NCBI RefSeq assembly: GCF_000485595.1 | Contig: NW_014577088.1 | Location: 427,249 to 491,248 of the forward strand | Length of the DNA stretch: 64,000 bases | Source of the DNA: Priapulus caudatus | Taxonomy: Eukaryota | Direction: 5' to 3' | In this document: positions 1-13,554 of the stretch, piece by piece | Numbering within the stretch: position 1 is the stretch's first letter | How the letters are laid out: each line of letters opens with the position of its first letter | Notes under the pieces: model-generated | Told to the model about the DNA's origin: nothing | The model's input: the letters and a program-made list of their open reading frames with translations, nothing else | Databases searched by the model: none | Translations under genes and position numbers: made by a program

Positions 1-276
1 AACAGAGAGAGATTGCTGTTGGGGGAGGGGGGGGTAGCTACGGCGCACCTGCCGCGCGATGCAATGACCGACCTCTGGTCCGCTTCGCAACCTTGACGTG
101 AAACGGTCGGTCAGTATCCCGATACCAGAATATCGCTGCGTAATAAAGAAATACAACGAATAAACGCGTACGGGCAACGTATATATGGCGGACTCTGATG
201 ACTAGTCTGTGGTGTTACAACAGAGGTGTCGGTGAACTGATACTGATAGTGGCAGTGGTGGCGGTTGCAGTGAGTG

Positions 277-470
277 GTGCGTGCGTGCGTGCGTGCGTGC
301 GTGCGTCGTGCGTGCGTGCGTGCGTGCGAATCGTCGTGCGTTGCGGTGTGTCGTGTGTTGTGTGTGTGCTGTGTGTGTGTGTGGTTGTGTGTGTGTGTGT
401 GTGTGTGGTGTGGTGACGTGCGTGTGTGTGTGTGTTGTGGTGTGTGCGTGGTGCGTTGCGTGTATGTGTG
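277..470. repeat. (GCGT)n/(GT)n microsatellite
   Basis: Direct reading; same class at 3502-3572, 8097-8213, 30318-30468, 39812-40082, 40863-40926 and 50236-50397. Confidence 0.95.
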
Positions 471-1443
471 GTTGGGGGGGGTATATACAGTATCCGGGGT
501 TAGGAACTGCGGGGCATTTAGGAAATCGAAGACCGTGCCCGGCTGCCGGGCATATAGCCACAGCGTATAATAAAACGCACAAACATTTCTAATCAATTTT
601 GAGGTCAAGTGATTCTCTCTGGCACTGGAGTAGATATCACACTAGGGTTGAATTAACGATTTGGCTATATAGTCTCTTTTGGGTTTACTGGATTCTAAGT
701 ATGACCCCTGTACATACATGATGCATTATGGTTAGATTCTGGTAACATGTGGTACGATTATGATTATTATTGATGTTATGGTCTGGTCTGTCAAATCTGG
801 TCCAGCATGACCGCAATGCCATATTAGTGCAGGTAATTATAATTTATATAGCCCGCATATATGGTCAATAGATTGACGATTCAGTTGGCGTATAATAATA
901 CGGTATATCACTCGACACAGCACCTATACAACCTAAATTAAAACCTACGAAACACTTACCATAACACTGAGGCATAACCTTGTAACGATATAACATGTAT
1001 TGTAATGTATTGTGTATGTATTGTAATGTTTGCGCCGTCGTAAACCTAAGCCTAATATAAGCGAGTAACCAGACTGACTTGCACATGCATACCCTAAGTA
1101 CCTACTATTCTACTTGTCGCTAATATATTCAGAACCAAATCCATTTTACCTCATGTGAAACAAATATAATATTAATAACATAACCCTAGAAACACGGACG
1201 GATAATATAGCGTCAGATTATAAAATACAGAATGGAGGGCACAATTTAATGGTGTACCCAAAAATTCCCAGAAGGCTGCTCCAAAGTTTTGCAAACCGGA
1301 ACCATGTTTGCCGAGTTACGTTATAGAACATAGTGTGAATCTCTCTCTTTCGCGCGCGCGATTATTGGGATACATGTTCTCTATCCTTGAACCCTCTCTC
1401 TGTCTCTCTCTCTCTCGTTCTCTAATCATGCCGTACTACTTAC

Positions 1444-1477
1444 CAGCTGTGCTATAATCCAGGTTCACCACCATCAT
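1444..1477 (-). CDS. Candidate alternative first mini-exon (MMVVNLDYSTA) of an internal E75 isoform
   Basis: ATG ATG GTG GTG AAC CTG GAT TAT AGC ACA GCT G|GTAAGTA has a consensus donor and lies downstream of a promoter-like region; no homology recognised. Confidence 0.3.
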
Positions 1478-1689
1478 TGACTGTGTATACGTTGCGGCCA
1501 CAAATAAATATAAACCAGAAGACAGTGGTCTTTGATTCTCGCTTCCTCTTTATTTTGAGAGCCGTTTCATTTGCAAACTGCGAATGCGAGTTACGATACG
1601 AGAGAGACTCCCGGGTAAATGGCGTGCTGCTAGGCTAATAGGTCTGTATATATCAACGAGAAGGTGCCGCTAAATAGAGCATAGCCTGC

Positions 1690-1940
1690 CTCCGCTACGT
1701 GACGTCAGGCATGTTTACTGGCAGAGGCCGGCACTACTGTGCCATTGGACGGCGGAACGTAGACTGACACCCGCCTGCCTGCCTGTCCGCGCTGCATACA
1801 TAACGGCGACGGATAATTCAACTCAACTGATCGATACACGCAGCCACAAGGGGGACAAATAGGCCAGCAGTGCCCAGCACAGGCGTGCTCAGCTCAACGG
1901 TCTCAAGTTCTCAAGTGCTACCAAGGTCGCAAGGGTCAGC
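1690..1940 (-). promoter_or_regulatory. Possible internal promoter/enhancer
   Basis: Perfect CRE palindrome TGACGTCA (1700-1707), Inr-like TCAGTT on the minus strand (~1825-1830), FTZ-F1-type CCAAGGTCG (1921-1929) and an adjacent GGGTCA half-site. Confidence 0.3.
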
Positions 1941-3118
1941 TGTTTTCCCTGATAAACATTACTGCGCCTACTGCGTCTACTGAGCGCGAAAAAACAGTGC
2001 GCGAACCGAGACTACAATCATGTTCTACGCCTCAAACTATCGCGCACAGGCACGTAGACTAACCATCGGTACCTAGCAGCGCCCGAGGCGTCTCGATTAG
2101 CATTTCCACGTCCGAGGTACACGTCGGAGGAGTTTAGTTTAGCACGGGGTGAGTAACGACAGGCAGGTGTAGACAGGTAGTGAGAGCTTAGCAGCATTGA
2201 TGTGCTAATGCGGGGCTGCCATCAGGCACATATTTCACTGCCCGCAGGAGCCATATATAGGACCTGCTCGTAAAACACAAGCGAGCGGGACTATCCAGTC
2301 ACGTTAACTTAGCATCCCCTATACCGTAAGACACGAAGTTGCATCACGGAGTTGCTTCATGGCCTTCCCGTTCATAAAAAAAAACCGAGCATTTCAAGCG
2401 CATGCATTCCAGCAAGAGCTCGATTCCAGCTATCGAAGCTAGACGCGCGCATTTCGCGGTCCGGGAGACGTTGACGCTGAATGGAACACGGTGGCGGCGT
2501 GGACCGCGTGGTTCGCGTTTTCACTCTCCTCGCTTCCACCCCTACTACGGGGTCCAACCCCCTGAGCCACCCGAACAAAAGCAGACACAACAAAGCCGAT
2601 ACGCGAGGAGCCTCCGCATATATCCACCCACACAACAATTGCAGGTCGCCACTACAATGCCTATTGTTGCCACGCTAGAGGGGAACGACCTCCATTAGCA
2701 GCTCGGGAGCCTACTTAAAACGTGGCTTTTCACTTTCTCATGCTCACAAGGGACATTCAAGAGCGAGCTGGCGAGCGCAAATATTCCGAGAGGGAGCCTA
2801 AACAGAACAGAGAGAAGGGGAGTCGGTATTGTTGTACAGAACTGGTTGCCACACATAATCACATTAGGTAAGCAATAGAAAGAACCATCTATATCTAGAC
2901 ACTTTTCGGTTGGGGGTTGGACCCAAAATAAAAACACGTTCAAGACAGCATTAGCTCAGCCATCTGGAAACGCACTTCTGAGCATAGCAAAGGAACTGCT
3001 ACAACACATACACCGACTCAAAACATTTCTGAATGTTGTGCTATATGTTTGTGTACTCGCCCTGTGCAGCAAAGCTCATCAGACAAGGTGGAAATCTGCA
3101 TTGGGCATGAGCGCGATT

Positions 3119-3275
3119 CTGTCTGTCTGTCTGCCCGTCCGTCCGTCCATCCATCCATTCATCCATCCATCCATCCATCCATTCATCCATCATCTATCCA
3201 TCCATTCATCCATCCATCTATCCATCCAACCAATCCACCCAACCATCCATTCACCCACCCACCCACCTATCCATC
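3119..3275. repeat. (TCTG)/(TCCG)/(TCCA)n tetranucleotide tract
   Basis: Direct reading. Confidence 0.9.
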
Positions 3276-3309
3276 TGACATATCTACCATTGCCTATTCC
3301 ATCTAGCCA

Positions 3310-3500
3310 TCAAATTTTGTCGTCTCGTTCTGAAACTTCGCTATTACATGATATGGTTTCATTGCACGTAGTATCGATACGTGTATTGCAAATGGTCAAA
3401 TGTATCGATACCTGTATCGTCAAAGCTTGTATCGCAATCTTTCGAACATCGAATATCGAAATCGCAAACATCAAATAATCGATGAATCGTCCCACCCCTA
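3310..3500 (-). mobile_element. hAT-like MITE fragment
   Basis: Ends aatcgtcccaccccta (TAGGGGTGGGACGATT on minus) with repeated ATCG motifs; the other end was not found. Confidence 0.35.
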
Positions 3501-3505
3501 GTGTG

Positions 3506-3554
<49 letters not shown>

Positions 3555-4199
3555 GTTTGCGCGCGCGTGTGCGATTATGAGTGCAGAGCAAGCTCAGAAG
3601 ATCATAAAATTGTTGACGACAACAAGTCGATTGGCGGAATCAGTAATTAGTCTAACACACCTTGCACTGCCCTCGGGTAAATCCTAAGCTCAGATTAGCC
3701 CCGTCATAGGATGCGAGCAGCTTCCACTAGAGAAGAGAGCGCTGGCTCTTGGCCAGTGCTCGCGTAGCACGAATCAACATCTTTTATGACGAGCTATTGT
3801 GCTGGCATAATCGAGCACATCGGCGGTTCATTGGATGAGTAGACAAATTGAAGCCCCGATTGGCACAGTTCGCAGCTACGCGTACATAATACATAGTTAA
3901 TGCATCAATCTCGGCACGGCGCCCTGCCCAGCATATGAAACCCGACCATCGTTAGGTAACACGTTAGGTAATGCTTGGCGCCCTCTACCCGCCCAGCTAG
4001 TTTGTGCGCATCAATGTCTGAACAGCACGGCGAGCGCACTGTTTAACCGCGTATTGATTACGGATAAATCCAAACAGAAATTGTCGCAACAGATTGTGTA
4101 CAGTAATGTATAGTTACTGTGCAAAGCCACAAAGGTAAACTCGCACGAAGGTATACAGGCCTGAAGGAGAGCCACCAGAATTCGTTAGCTTACTTAGTT

Positions 4200-4790
4200 A
4201 CAGTCTTGTTATGAATGTGGTAAAGCTTTAATGGGGCAATGAAATCGGTTATGTAGTAAGCGCATATGCGACGAACGATCGATAGTACAGAATGCTTGAA
4301 AGAGAAAGTCTTGTTTGGGGAGAAATACACATAGCAAAAATTCACCTAACTCGCCGCAGAAGCAACAATCACACAACTGGAACCTACCATATGACAGCTT
4401 CTTGGGATTTACTACAAAGTGCAAAAAATTTAAACAAAAACCAGTAAAAGTGCTAGAAATGGTTGCAAGAAGCAAAGAAATAGAATGCAAACCAAATAAA
4501 CACAATCTACAGACCAGCAGAAGAATCATGTCAAACGCTAACGGCAGCAATTCAACCAGAAAGAAAAATCCTCTCTAGCATTGATGGATGGAGTAATATT
4601 GTATAGCCAGCAATTTAACAGAGTGAGAGTGGTAATTTAAGTAAGACCTACCAAAGGAACAGATACGCGGGAAAAGGTTGGTGGAGTGACACAGGCTTTA
4701 CAAGACGGACATACGTGTACCGCATTACAAAGGACCATGCACGCAAGAAAATCATTTTAATATGGACGAAATGCTTTTTGAGAACAGGTT
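4200..4790 (+). pseudogene. Possible highly degenerate pogo/Tigger-like transposase remnant
   Basis: FNMDE (4756-4770) resembles the pogo first catalytic motif; upstream KRLVE*HRL.RRT resembles the CENP-B HTH end. Many stops and frameshifts. Confidence 0.3.
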
Positions 4791-5386
4791 CTGTAATAAA
4801 AGCAATTTTATTAAAATGGCAGAGTAATTTTAGCAAACAATTTTACTTGTCAACGAATGAAGAATGTATAAAATTTAGGATTTGTATAAATCTTGAGCAT
4901 TACTAGAGCCGACGCTAGATCTTCTTTTGATACGGGCAAGAGTAATAAAAATAAATGTTGGCAGTTTTTGAAGAGCTATATATCAACCTCGCTGAAAAAA
5001 ATGCGTGATTTTTAAGTTCAGGATCGCAAATACATTCACACTTTCAACTATTAACAGCAGTGGGTAACTTCGTTGGGAAAGCACATCAGATGGCTGTATA
5101 TATACGGTAGTCTAGCCGCTTCCACAGCTGGCACGGGCTTTTACATGTATGTACGTGCGGTCAAGTTAAGCTGTGCGTGCGTTCATGTGTGCGTATACTT
5201 ACGTGCGGCTTTAAATGCATTCTAAATTATTATTTATTGTTCTGTTGGCTTCAGAGATTCGCGTGTTACTAATATAATGCACAATAAGCTAGTGAATTTC
5301 GTAAGTATGAGGCCGTTCTAATGTAAGCAAACGGAGTCGATGTTTAGATTAGAACAAGCTTCACCGTGTCTCTCACAAAGCCTTAC

Positions 5387-5475
5387 CTTGCAGCCCTCGC
5401 ACGAGTGGACACCGTAGTGGAACCCGCTTGCCTTGTCGCCACACACACGGCAGAGAACAGTCATGCCGTCGAATT
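5387..5475 (-). CDS. E75: Nuclear receptor E75/NR1D-type, first zinc-finger (P-box) exon
   Basis: Reverse complement reads tgcag|AA TTC GAC GGC ATG ACT GTT CTC TGC...GGC TGC AAG|gtaagg = (E)[29 protein letters not shown]. This matches the E75 signature [30 protein letters not shown]. Canonical AG/GT ends, 89 nt, phase 1 in and phase 0 out. Confidence 0.95.
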
Positions 5476-8095
5476 CTGCAACGTAAACGAAAGCGCTACA
5501 TTACTTTGCGCACTTGGATGTATTTTATACAGTAGGGTGCGTTGAGATGAATGTGCAGCGCGCCCTAAAAACCGACAGAAAAGTTGTGTGCTCACTGCTT
5601 ATGAACTGTTACACACTGCAAGACGTCAGCTACTAATCTTTCACTTTGCTTCACGGTAATCCAATTCAGGACAGGGTATCGAAAATGAACGCCATGACCT
5701 TCTAACAAAGAGCTGGTTGCTGCATGGCTTAGTTCAGGCGGGGATAAATAAGCTCATTTTCTACTACCTGGTGAAAAATGAATGATTGTAATTGAGATCT
5801 TGATGCCTGAAACCTGCAGGTGCTAGCTGCCATTGTGCCAAACACAGCTTAAGGCACCACACCAAAAAGCACTAAAGAAAGATAGGATTATGGCGGCAGA
5901 CGTTTATTTTGTGGGCAGGATACGGCAAAGAATATTCCCACTTTCATTATTTGAAAATCGGGGATCATATGCGCCACTCTAGGTGAAGGTCATAGCATGT
6001 AAGCGCTTATAGACTGCACCCAGAATGTCACATCGTCGGAAAAGCTAAATACCCAGAAACGCAATTTCCAGAGCTAGACCATCTCAAATGTCCATATTAG
6101 CGTAAACATCTTTCACACGCGATTTCGACCACATGATAGTTTTCCCCGACAACCGCAACAAAATTGGGAAGATTCCAAACCACATGGCTGGTTAGGGCCT
6201 CGACGATCGCATGCGCTGCAATTTTCTCTCTCGCCCGCCCCCACGTGCCTGCTGTGAGTTGCTAATGTGGTAAGTATACCATTCTAGCCAGCTCTCACGC
6301 CGTCTCGGCCAAGGTTGCGCGATGACCCAGTGTCACTTAAAACCTGTTCGTAGGGTAAGGACTGCCAATCGCTGCAGTAGTGGAACCTGGCATGCCGGAA
6401 TGGTGGTATAAATCAGGGTAACCGCAGAGAACGATGAAAGAGTACGCATATAGATGCAGTCAAAATCGTGGGCATCAGATGCAGTAAAGATCCCCACCGA
6501 CGGTAGCATCCAGTATCCATCAGATATATAGCAACGAGTATGTAGTAAGGTAGGGCTGTTTCTGACTTGATCAAAACAGCTTTCAGTAACCAATTCTGAC
6601 AGTATAAAGTTATCCCAAGTTTATCTCACGGTCAGCAGATTCAATGTGATACTTTAAAGTTTAAAGTCATGCAAAACTGCTGAATGATAATGGGTTTACT
6701 GTCAACATTCATGAAGACACGCCTTTACAAAAACGCATGCGAGTTCACGTAGCACAAACATGCTTACACTAATCGCAGAGCATTTCAGGGGCATTCACAA
6801 CATGCTGAATAAATAAGCCGAAGTTTCAACTATAGATGCCCCTACTCATGTTGGAACAGCTAATAAGCACATCATCGTCAACAATACCGGCAGCGTATCA
6901 CATAAACTATTTATCTCAATGGATTATATCATAATGTGGGGGGGGGGTTCTTGTGGCAGAATGAAGCCCATAAATTAGAGGCACGCGTACGTGATCAATA
7001 ATGACTTACAGTACAACGTGAAGTAGGACGAACAAAAATATACTTATGTGTACACAGTAATACAGATATATAAACATATATATACACATGTTCATGAAAC
7101 CTGGCCATGCACATAGTAAATCTAATAGACCTGCGCTTCAATGTATAACATTAAAAAACAAAAAAACTATTGTGTACATTACAGTTTATGTGCTCTTGAT
7201 TATATTTAGCATACTACTATTATATAAGGTTACAGCAAAAATAGGAAAACTACGTATTATACGCCTATTATTTCACACACGATCTACTTCTACGAATGAG
7301 CGTATATACTATATAATAATATTTGTTTACATATTAGCATATTATCAGCAACGATCTGTGGTTACTCTATACCTAAGCATTTATGATGACATGACATTTA
7401 ATATTAGGATCAATGGCATTGGTACTGCTCTTCTTATAAGTCCCTCGACTGCGGGTAGAATGCAATCATTAGATTCCTACTGCTATTCAAGTGATCACTG
7501 CTGCCCAAGATAGAATCCCTTCCGTAACATGAGTGATGTGTTTACTACACCTACGCGACAAGGGTGGCATTAGAGATCGACAAATAGGGGGAGGGGACAA
7601 GACCAAGGTCCACACCGGGAGGGAGAACAAAAATAATACACTCTACACAATCATTGGTCGAATCTCCACCCCTTAGACTAATGACAGCGTGTACTACGTC
7701 CAAAATCGTTGTAAAATGTGAGTGAATCGTAATGGCGCAATTACAGGCTAAAATCGTAAAAAATCTGCCAAAATCGGAAGGGTTGGCAGCTCTGCGGCTA
7801 TCTGGGTTAAACGCCTACCTCCAAATTTCAAGGTGTGAAAAGGCATCTCTAGCGTTTTAAAAGGAAATACTTGCTATATCTATAACTATTGATAGATTAG
7901 AATATATCATTTACACCGATAAAGCAGCGCTTCATCCCCGTACATGTTTGTTTTTACAAGTTATACTGCGACTAGCAAAGAACTAGGTTTGTTATCAGTG
8001 AGGTGTCATATTCTCACGTTTTTAGCGTTTTTAGCTGTATATGATTAACATCAACGTTAAAAATGAATCTATATGGTGGGAGAGAGTACACCTAT

Positions 8096-8195
<100 letters not shown>

Positions 8196-9274
8196 CACCC
8201 ACACCCACACACATCAGAAAACATAAGATATTTACTGCTTGCTGATACACTAAACTGTATTAAACTGAAGTCAGGAGTGTATGCAAAGTTGTGTTACCGT
8301 ACATACATGATTAGTGATATCACTGATAATACTCTTGAACAAACGAGCCTACTGGGAATTCCCACTGCAAAGGAAACGTCTAATCAGCAAAAGTATCCAG
8401 CCCTCACCCTGCAGAAATGAGGGGCATGACCCCATTAGGTAACTAAGCAATAAGATAGGTGGTAGTGCTTGCAGCATACACAGTACGGGGGGGGGGAGGG
8501 GTAGAGTGAATGACCTCTGTTACTAGCAACGACGCACTTGTACGGGGAGCAGATGTTTCGGGGAGCAGATGTTTCGCTGAAGTAGTCATGTTATGCAAGT
8601 CCTTATCACTCCCAATGACAAGCTAATTCCAGAAGCAAGTCAAGCCAGTTGTGGTGAAAGCGCTAATTATAGCTACTACTGCGCTAGCCAGTCAAACATG
8701 CTTGCTACTTGCCCACATGTTCATCTACTTTAGTCTCACTTGACTGTACTGACACTGCGCACATGCCAACCTAACACTTACTTGATTTACTCAATTAATC
8801 TCGACAATCATTGCGACATACTCAGGCCGTCTATCGTATTGACAAAGAGAATTAACAACGAAGTTGATCTCAACAGGAAGATGTCACACGACACATGAAC
8901 AGTGTGAACGCAAGCCAGAAGCGATCACTTTACATGTGCATCCTTGCCTTTCCTCTAGACCAACTGGTTTTCAGTGGCTTACCCAAGTAACACACAATTT
9001 TTGAGGTGCTCTAATTTATTGAAGCACATGAACCAACATCAATGCATTACGACTTGGCGCTAGGAGAGCGCTGCTCAGATGGCCAAATCACAAACGCACG
9101 TCTAATTACAGGACTGGCCCTGCTGCTAATACCAGCATGATGCGGCTGACAATAGCAATCCATACAATCAATGTAGTCACAGAGCTAGGTGAAGAGAAAA
9201 TGTCCGTGGGCAATGTTGGCACAGATGGCCATAATGATTATTATGCGAGGCATTACAATTTAGTACATGTATAT

Positions 9275-9332
9275 CAGGAGTGTATAATAGGGATTATACA
9301 CTCCTGTTATACACCCCTATTATACACTCCTG
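9275..9332. mobile_element. Tiny palindromic CARGAG-family element
   Basis: caggagtgtataataggg...ccctattatacactcctg; the right flank runs into a gap. Confidence 0.7.
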
Positions 9333-9345
9333 ATANNNNNNNNNN

Positions 9346-9451
<106 letters not shown>

Positions 9452-11320
9452 CCCTCCTCTCTCTCTCTCTCTCACTCTCTCTCTCTCTCTCTTTCTGCGA
9501 TAGGTGATCCGCGGACAAACACAGGTTTTTTTTGTAATTCTCGCATATAATTGTCATGCCAGATCGAAGTACAAAAGGCGCGTCGCAACTTCGAACCGGG
9601 AGCAAGCAATAGAACAAGGTCACTTGATAAAACCCCTGTGAATATCGATTACGTCGTACATAATACTGGACGTATTTAACAGTAGTCTTGCTGTATGCAT
9701 ATTAGGAGTATGCTCGACCAGCAATTGGACATTGACTATGCCTGTTTATCACATCACTCGATCCGTATGCATAGTAATGTATTGCAGCTGTAAGGGTAAA
9801 GTAGATGATACTAATTCGCGTAGAAGCCAGTCGAGCGTGTATGACGAAGGTGAAGTGTCGCAGCGTAGTGAGGCAAGTCAACCCATGCTATCGTTTCGGG
9901 ACAACCATCTGATAATTGCCCCCCTTCTCAGCCGAATAAGTAATGCGGGCTATGTTCACGCCCAAAATGAGCAGAGTATGTTATATACTATGCGCGGACG
10001 TACAAACGCGCGCACACTTGTGACCAATGTAGGAAATGAACTGCGTGGTGAAACAGGATATATAGGCCCGGTTAAATAAAAAAAGGTGATTCAGCCTCAC
10101 TAATCCTCGTTCCATTCGCCTGCTAGAGAAGAATCACCAAACGAGTGTTGTGTAGAAGTGGCACAGAGGAATAGCGTACATAGAAAACGTAGGGTGTGAT
10201 TCACATCCTTAGCACGCTGCGAACGTCCATGACACATGTGACACGTCCGCTCGTAAACAAGCCTGTAACGAGGTCGAGGTTAGTTTGCGACTACGCGAGA
10301 GGGAATGTAGGTTTTTATTATCTCAATAGAATGACGTCACACGGCAGTTCCTGACGACTGTCAAATTACCACGGGCCCGACGGGACTCTCCTCAACTGTA
10401 GTTGTAGAAACTCATTCGTTACAGGAAATATACGGGAGGGCCGGGGGCTTCATTTGGAACCCATCGGCTGTAAATCAAGCCGCATCAAAGTATCAGCAAA
10501 AGTAGTTATACATGGACGCAGCTGTACACCACCAAGCACATTACAGTGCATTTAGTCGCGTGACCAAATGAACGAGGGCAGCAGTCAAGAGCAAGGAAGG
10601 TCGCGTGAGATTTATCTGCATGCTCGCGCATCCCGCGCGGAAATTGATATCAACTTATAGTCAGTCGATCATGTTACTTATGCACATTGCTAACTTGCTA
10701 AGGGTCATGCGACTCGGTTAAACGAGTCAGTTGTTACGTGCGCGGTGCGTAAGAACGGTTACTCTCAACTTCACGGCAACTATAAACGCAATTAACCAGG
10801 CCTTATATCGGAGCTCAGGGTCACTTTCTCACTCGACACACGTTCAACATATGTGTGATTGTGTCGTATCACAGTAGCAGGTATAGAAGACGCGTAAACC
10901 CATTCATGAGTATCGCTGAGGACGACTACTGCGCACTACCAACTTTCTTACCAACATTCCTGGCGTCAAAAAAGTATTTCTCGAAGGATGAACTCGCTGC
11001 TTAGCGACATTTCGGCATTCGTATGTGCCATGCCTGTGTCTAACTAAGGCGCGCCAGAAGAAGGGTGACCACACCGTATGCAGCGTATGTTAGAGCATAG
11101 CAATAGCAGATAATCTCTAGGAATTAGGCTTGTCAGCGCACTATACGCCCAGACAATCCCTCGTTTCCGAAGAAACGAACCCACGAGGCATCTAACTATA
11201 ACAAGCGAACGAATGCGCGAGCAAACGAAAGAGCGGACGAATGCGCGCGCACACAAACGAATGAACGAACGAGCGAATGCGTGGACGTACCAACAGACCA
11301 GTAAACAAACGAGGTACCGG

Positions 11321-11932
11321 GCGAGCCAGTAAGCTATCCCCCGGGAGTGGAGTGAGAGTCACTTGATACAGTTGACGTATACTTCAAAATTTAACAGTAA
11401 CGGTAACCCTAATCCTAACCATAACTTTAACCCTAACCCTAACCCCCCTAACCCTAACCTAATACTAATACTAATACTAATAATATTAATCCTAATACTA
11501 GTGCTACCGCACTCCACGCCCGAGGGATAGCAACACCCGCGAGCCAGTAAGCTATCCCGCTATATATAGAGGGTGTGATCCACAAAAATTAATCTATGGT
11601 GTGGGGACAGATATCATGATGCAAAAACTCTAACCCTAACCCTAACCCTAACCCTAACCCTAACCCTAACCCTAACCCTAATCAATACTAATACTATACT
11701 AATTACCTAATACTAATACTAATACTAATACTAATACTAATACTAATACTAATACTAATACTAATACTAATACTAATACTAATACTAATACTAATACTAA
11801 TACGAATACGAATACGAATACGAATACGAATACGAATACGAATACTAATACTAATACTAGTAATAATATTAGTCCTAATACTAGTGCTGCCACGTTGCGG
11901 TAGCACTCCACGCCCGGGGGATAGCAACACCC
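11321..11932. mobile_element. Tandem MITE-like units enclosing (TAACCC)n/(TAATAC)n/(GAATAC)n
   Basis: gctatcccccgggagtggagtg (11333-11354) is inverted to cactccacgcccgRgggatagc (11510-11531 and 11904-11925); gcgagccagtaagctatccc is repeated at 11321 and 11539. Confidence 0.65.
11631..11678 (-). repeat. Interstitial telomere-like (TTAGGG)8
   Basis: Eight perfect TAACCC units; a degenerate tract also occurs at 11404-11460. Confidence 0.9.
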
Positions 11933-12804
11933 GAGAGCGAGCGAGCGAGCGAGAGAACGAACGAACGAAGGATCGAACAAACGAACCAGAGCGGGAGCGA
12001 GCGCTCGAGCGAACAAACAAAGAGGGAAGGAGCGAGCGAACGAACTTTGACACTCCCTGCAATTCGAGCAGCGAGTCAAGGCCGCCTGCATCCAGCGCGA
12101 ATCGAGTAGAGGCTGCTCGCTCTGGGACGGCCACTGGGTCAAGGTTAAACGACCGGTTCTCAGGGAACACGCTTCGATTTAGTTGCCAGAACAGCGGGGA
12201 GGGGTATATGCAGAGTTCATTCCCTGTCAAGGATAACCGCATTATTTTGTCTGGAAGCCGTATAATGGACGCGAATGACGAACCACGAAAATGCCACGAA
12301 ATGCATGTGGTGAATGGCACACGTCGAGAACTGACGGATCGAACGAATCGAACGCACACGCGATCACACATGCGTACTCCCAAATTGCAAGGAAAACTCT
12401 AGCAGTGGGGCGTCAATATCGCTGCCGCGGCATATGTTGAGTTCACACTCGTCTGCCGTGTATAGTCGAGTAACGCGAAATAAATACGATGGACAGCATA
12501 CACACAGGAAAAAAACGACAACGATGAATAAGAAGCTAATATACGTGCACAACTTTGCCAGCACGTACCTGCATGAAAGAGGTGGCTGGGGCTAAGGCGA
12601 GCTTAATTAAAATACTAAACATGCTGAGTTATAAGGACGAAGGATGTAATATATGTCGAAGCTGATATCCTGCGGCGGATATTCTGACACCAGGCCGGAA
12701 AGGAAACAGTCCATTTAAAACGAAATGACACATTGCAGAACACATACGTCCTGCTTTCATTTGATCATAAGGTTTCTGCCGAGCATTATTACTCTGAATA
12801 CTAT

Positions 12805-12866
12805 CAAGAGTAGATAATAACAGTTGTTATAATAAGATAATACAGATGTTAAATTATCTACTCTTG
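12805..12866. mobile_element. Tiny palindromic CARGAG-family element
   Basis: caagagtagataat...attatctactcttg with perfect 7-bp TSD atactat. Confidence 0.85.
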
Positions 12867-13208
12867 ATACTATAGGGGACCGAGTTGAGCAACTCTTTGA
12901 ACAGAATATAATTACCGCATATGCGCAGGTACATTGAGTCGGAGTAGGATATCTGTGGTCCATTTATCAATACTAAATGCTGGTTCCTATGAGCTCCACT
13001 ACCTATGCTATAATACCTAAATAATGCATTCCCAACTGACAATGATTTTGGCAGTGATTCGCCGTCGCAATAGACACGCAACAGACTGCTATCCTGAAAG
13101 GAACAATCACATGTAGCGAACCAAAGAGAAGATTAAAAAAACGCGAGGCATAGGGCAGAGTAATGCGCGCATTGAGTGATTATGATATATATTAATTTAC
13201 TGCTGCTA

Positions 13209-13352
13209 AAGCCCGGCGCACACGTGAGTAATTTTACTCAAGTAAAATGATGCATACGTCAAAATACTCACGTGTGCGGCGGATTTTCGTTGAGTATTTT
13301 GACGCATGCATAATTTCACTTGAGTAAAATTACTCACGTGTGCGCCGGGCTT
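13209..13352. mobile_element. Foldback MITE, PIF/Harbinger-like termini
   Basis: ~60-bp arms aagcccggcgcacacgtgagtaattttactcaag / cttgagtaaaattactcacgtgtgcgccgggctt. Confidence 0.75.
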
Positions 13353-13554
13353 ACGATGATTCAGCATTATGTCCGAGTCACAAACGAGAACGGTCGAGAA
13401 TATTCCTCGAAACCCACATTATACATATATATAATTATAAACATACATAATTGTAATAACGCTCATAACTCACGCGATAAGTATTGGAAGGATCGGGAAA
13501 ACACAAGAACGGTTGGGAAGAATATTCTTTGAAACCCGCATTTATATATATATA

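Noticed and set aside
111..608. Overlapping His/Thr and Cys/Val ORFs (also at ~8041, 30040, 39754, 47303, 50096, 61585)
   Set aside because: Translations of (CA)/(GCGT) microsatellites that lack stop codons.
4570..4605. SIDGWSN as a hAT catalytic motif
   Set aside because: Isolated match followed by stops; the surrounding remnants fit a pogo-like element better, if anything.
12076..12084. FTZ-F1-type YCAAGGYCR sites (also 1921 and ~59449)
   Set aside because: About four are expected by chance in 64 kb on both strands; not enriched.
11699..12402. 147-226 aa ORFs
   Set aside because: Driven by hexamer and (GAAC/GAGC) repeats; no recognisable homology.
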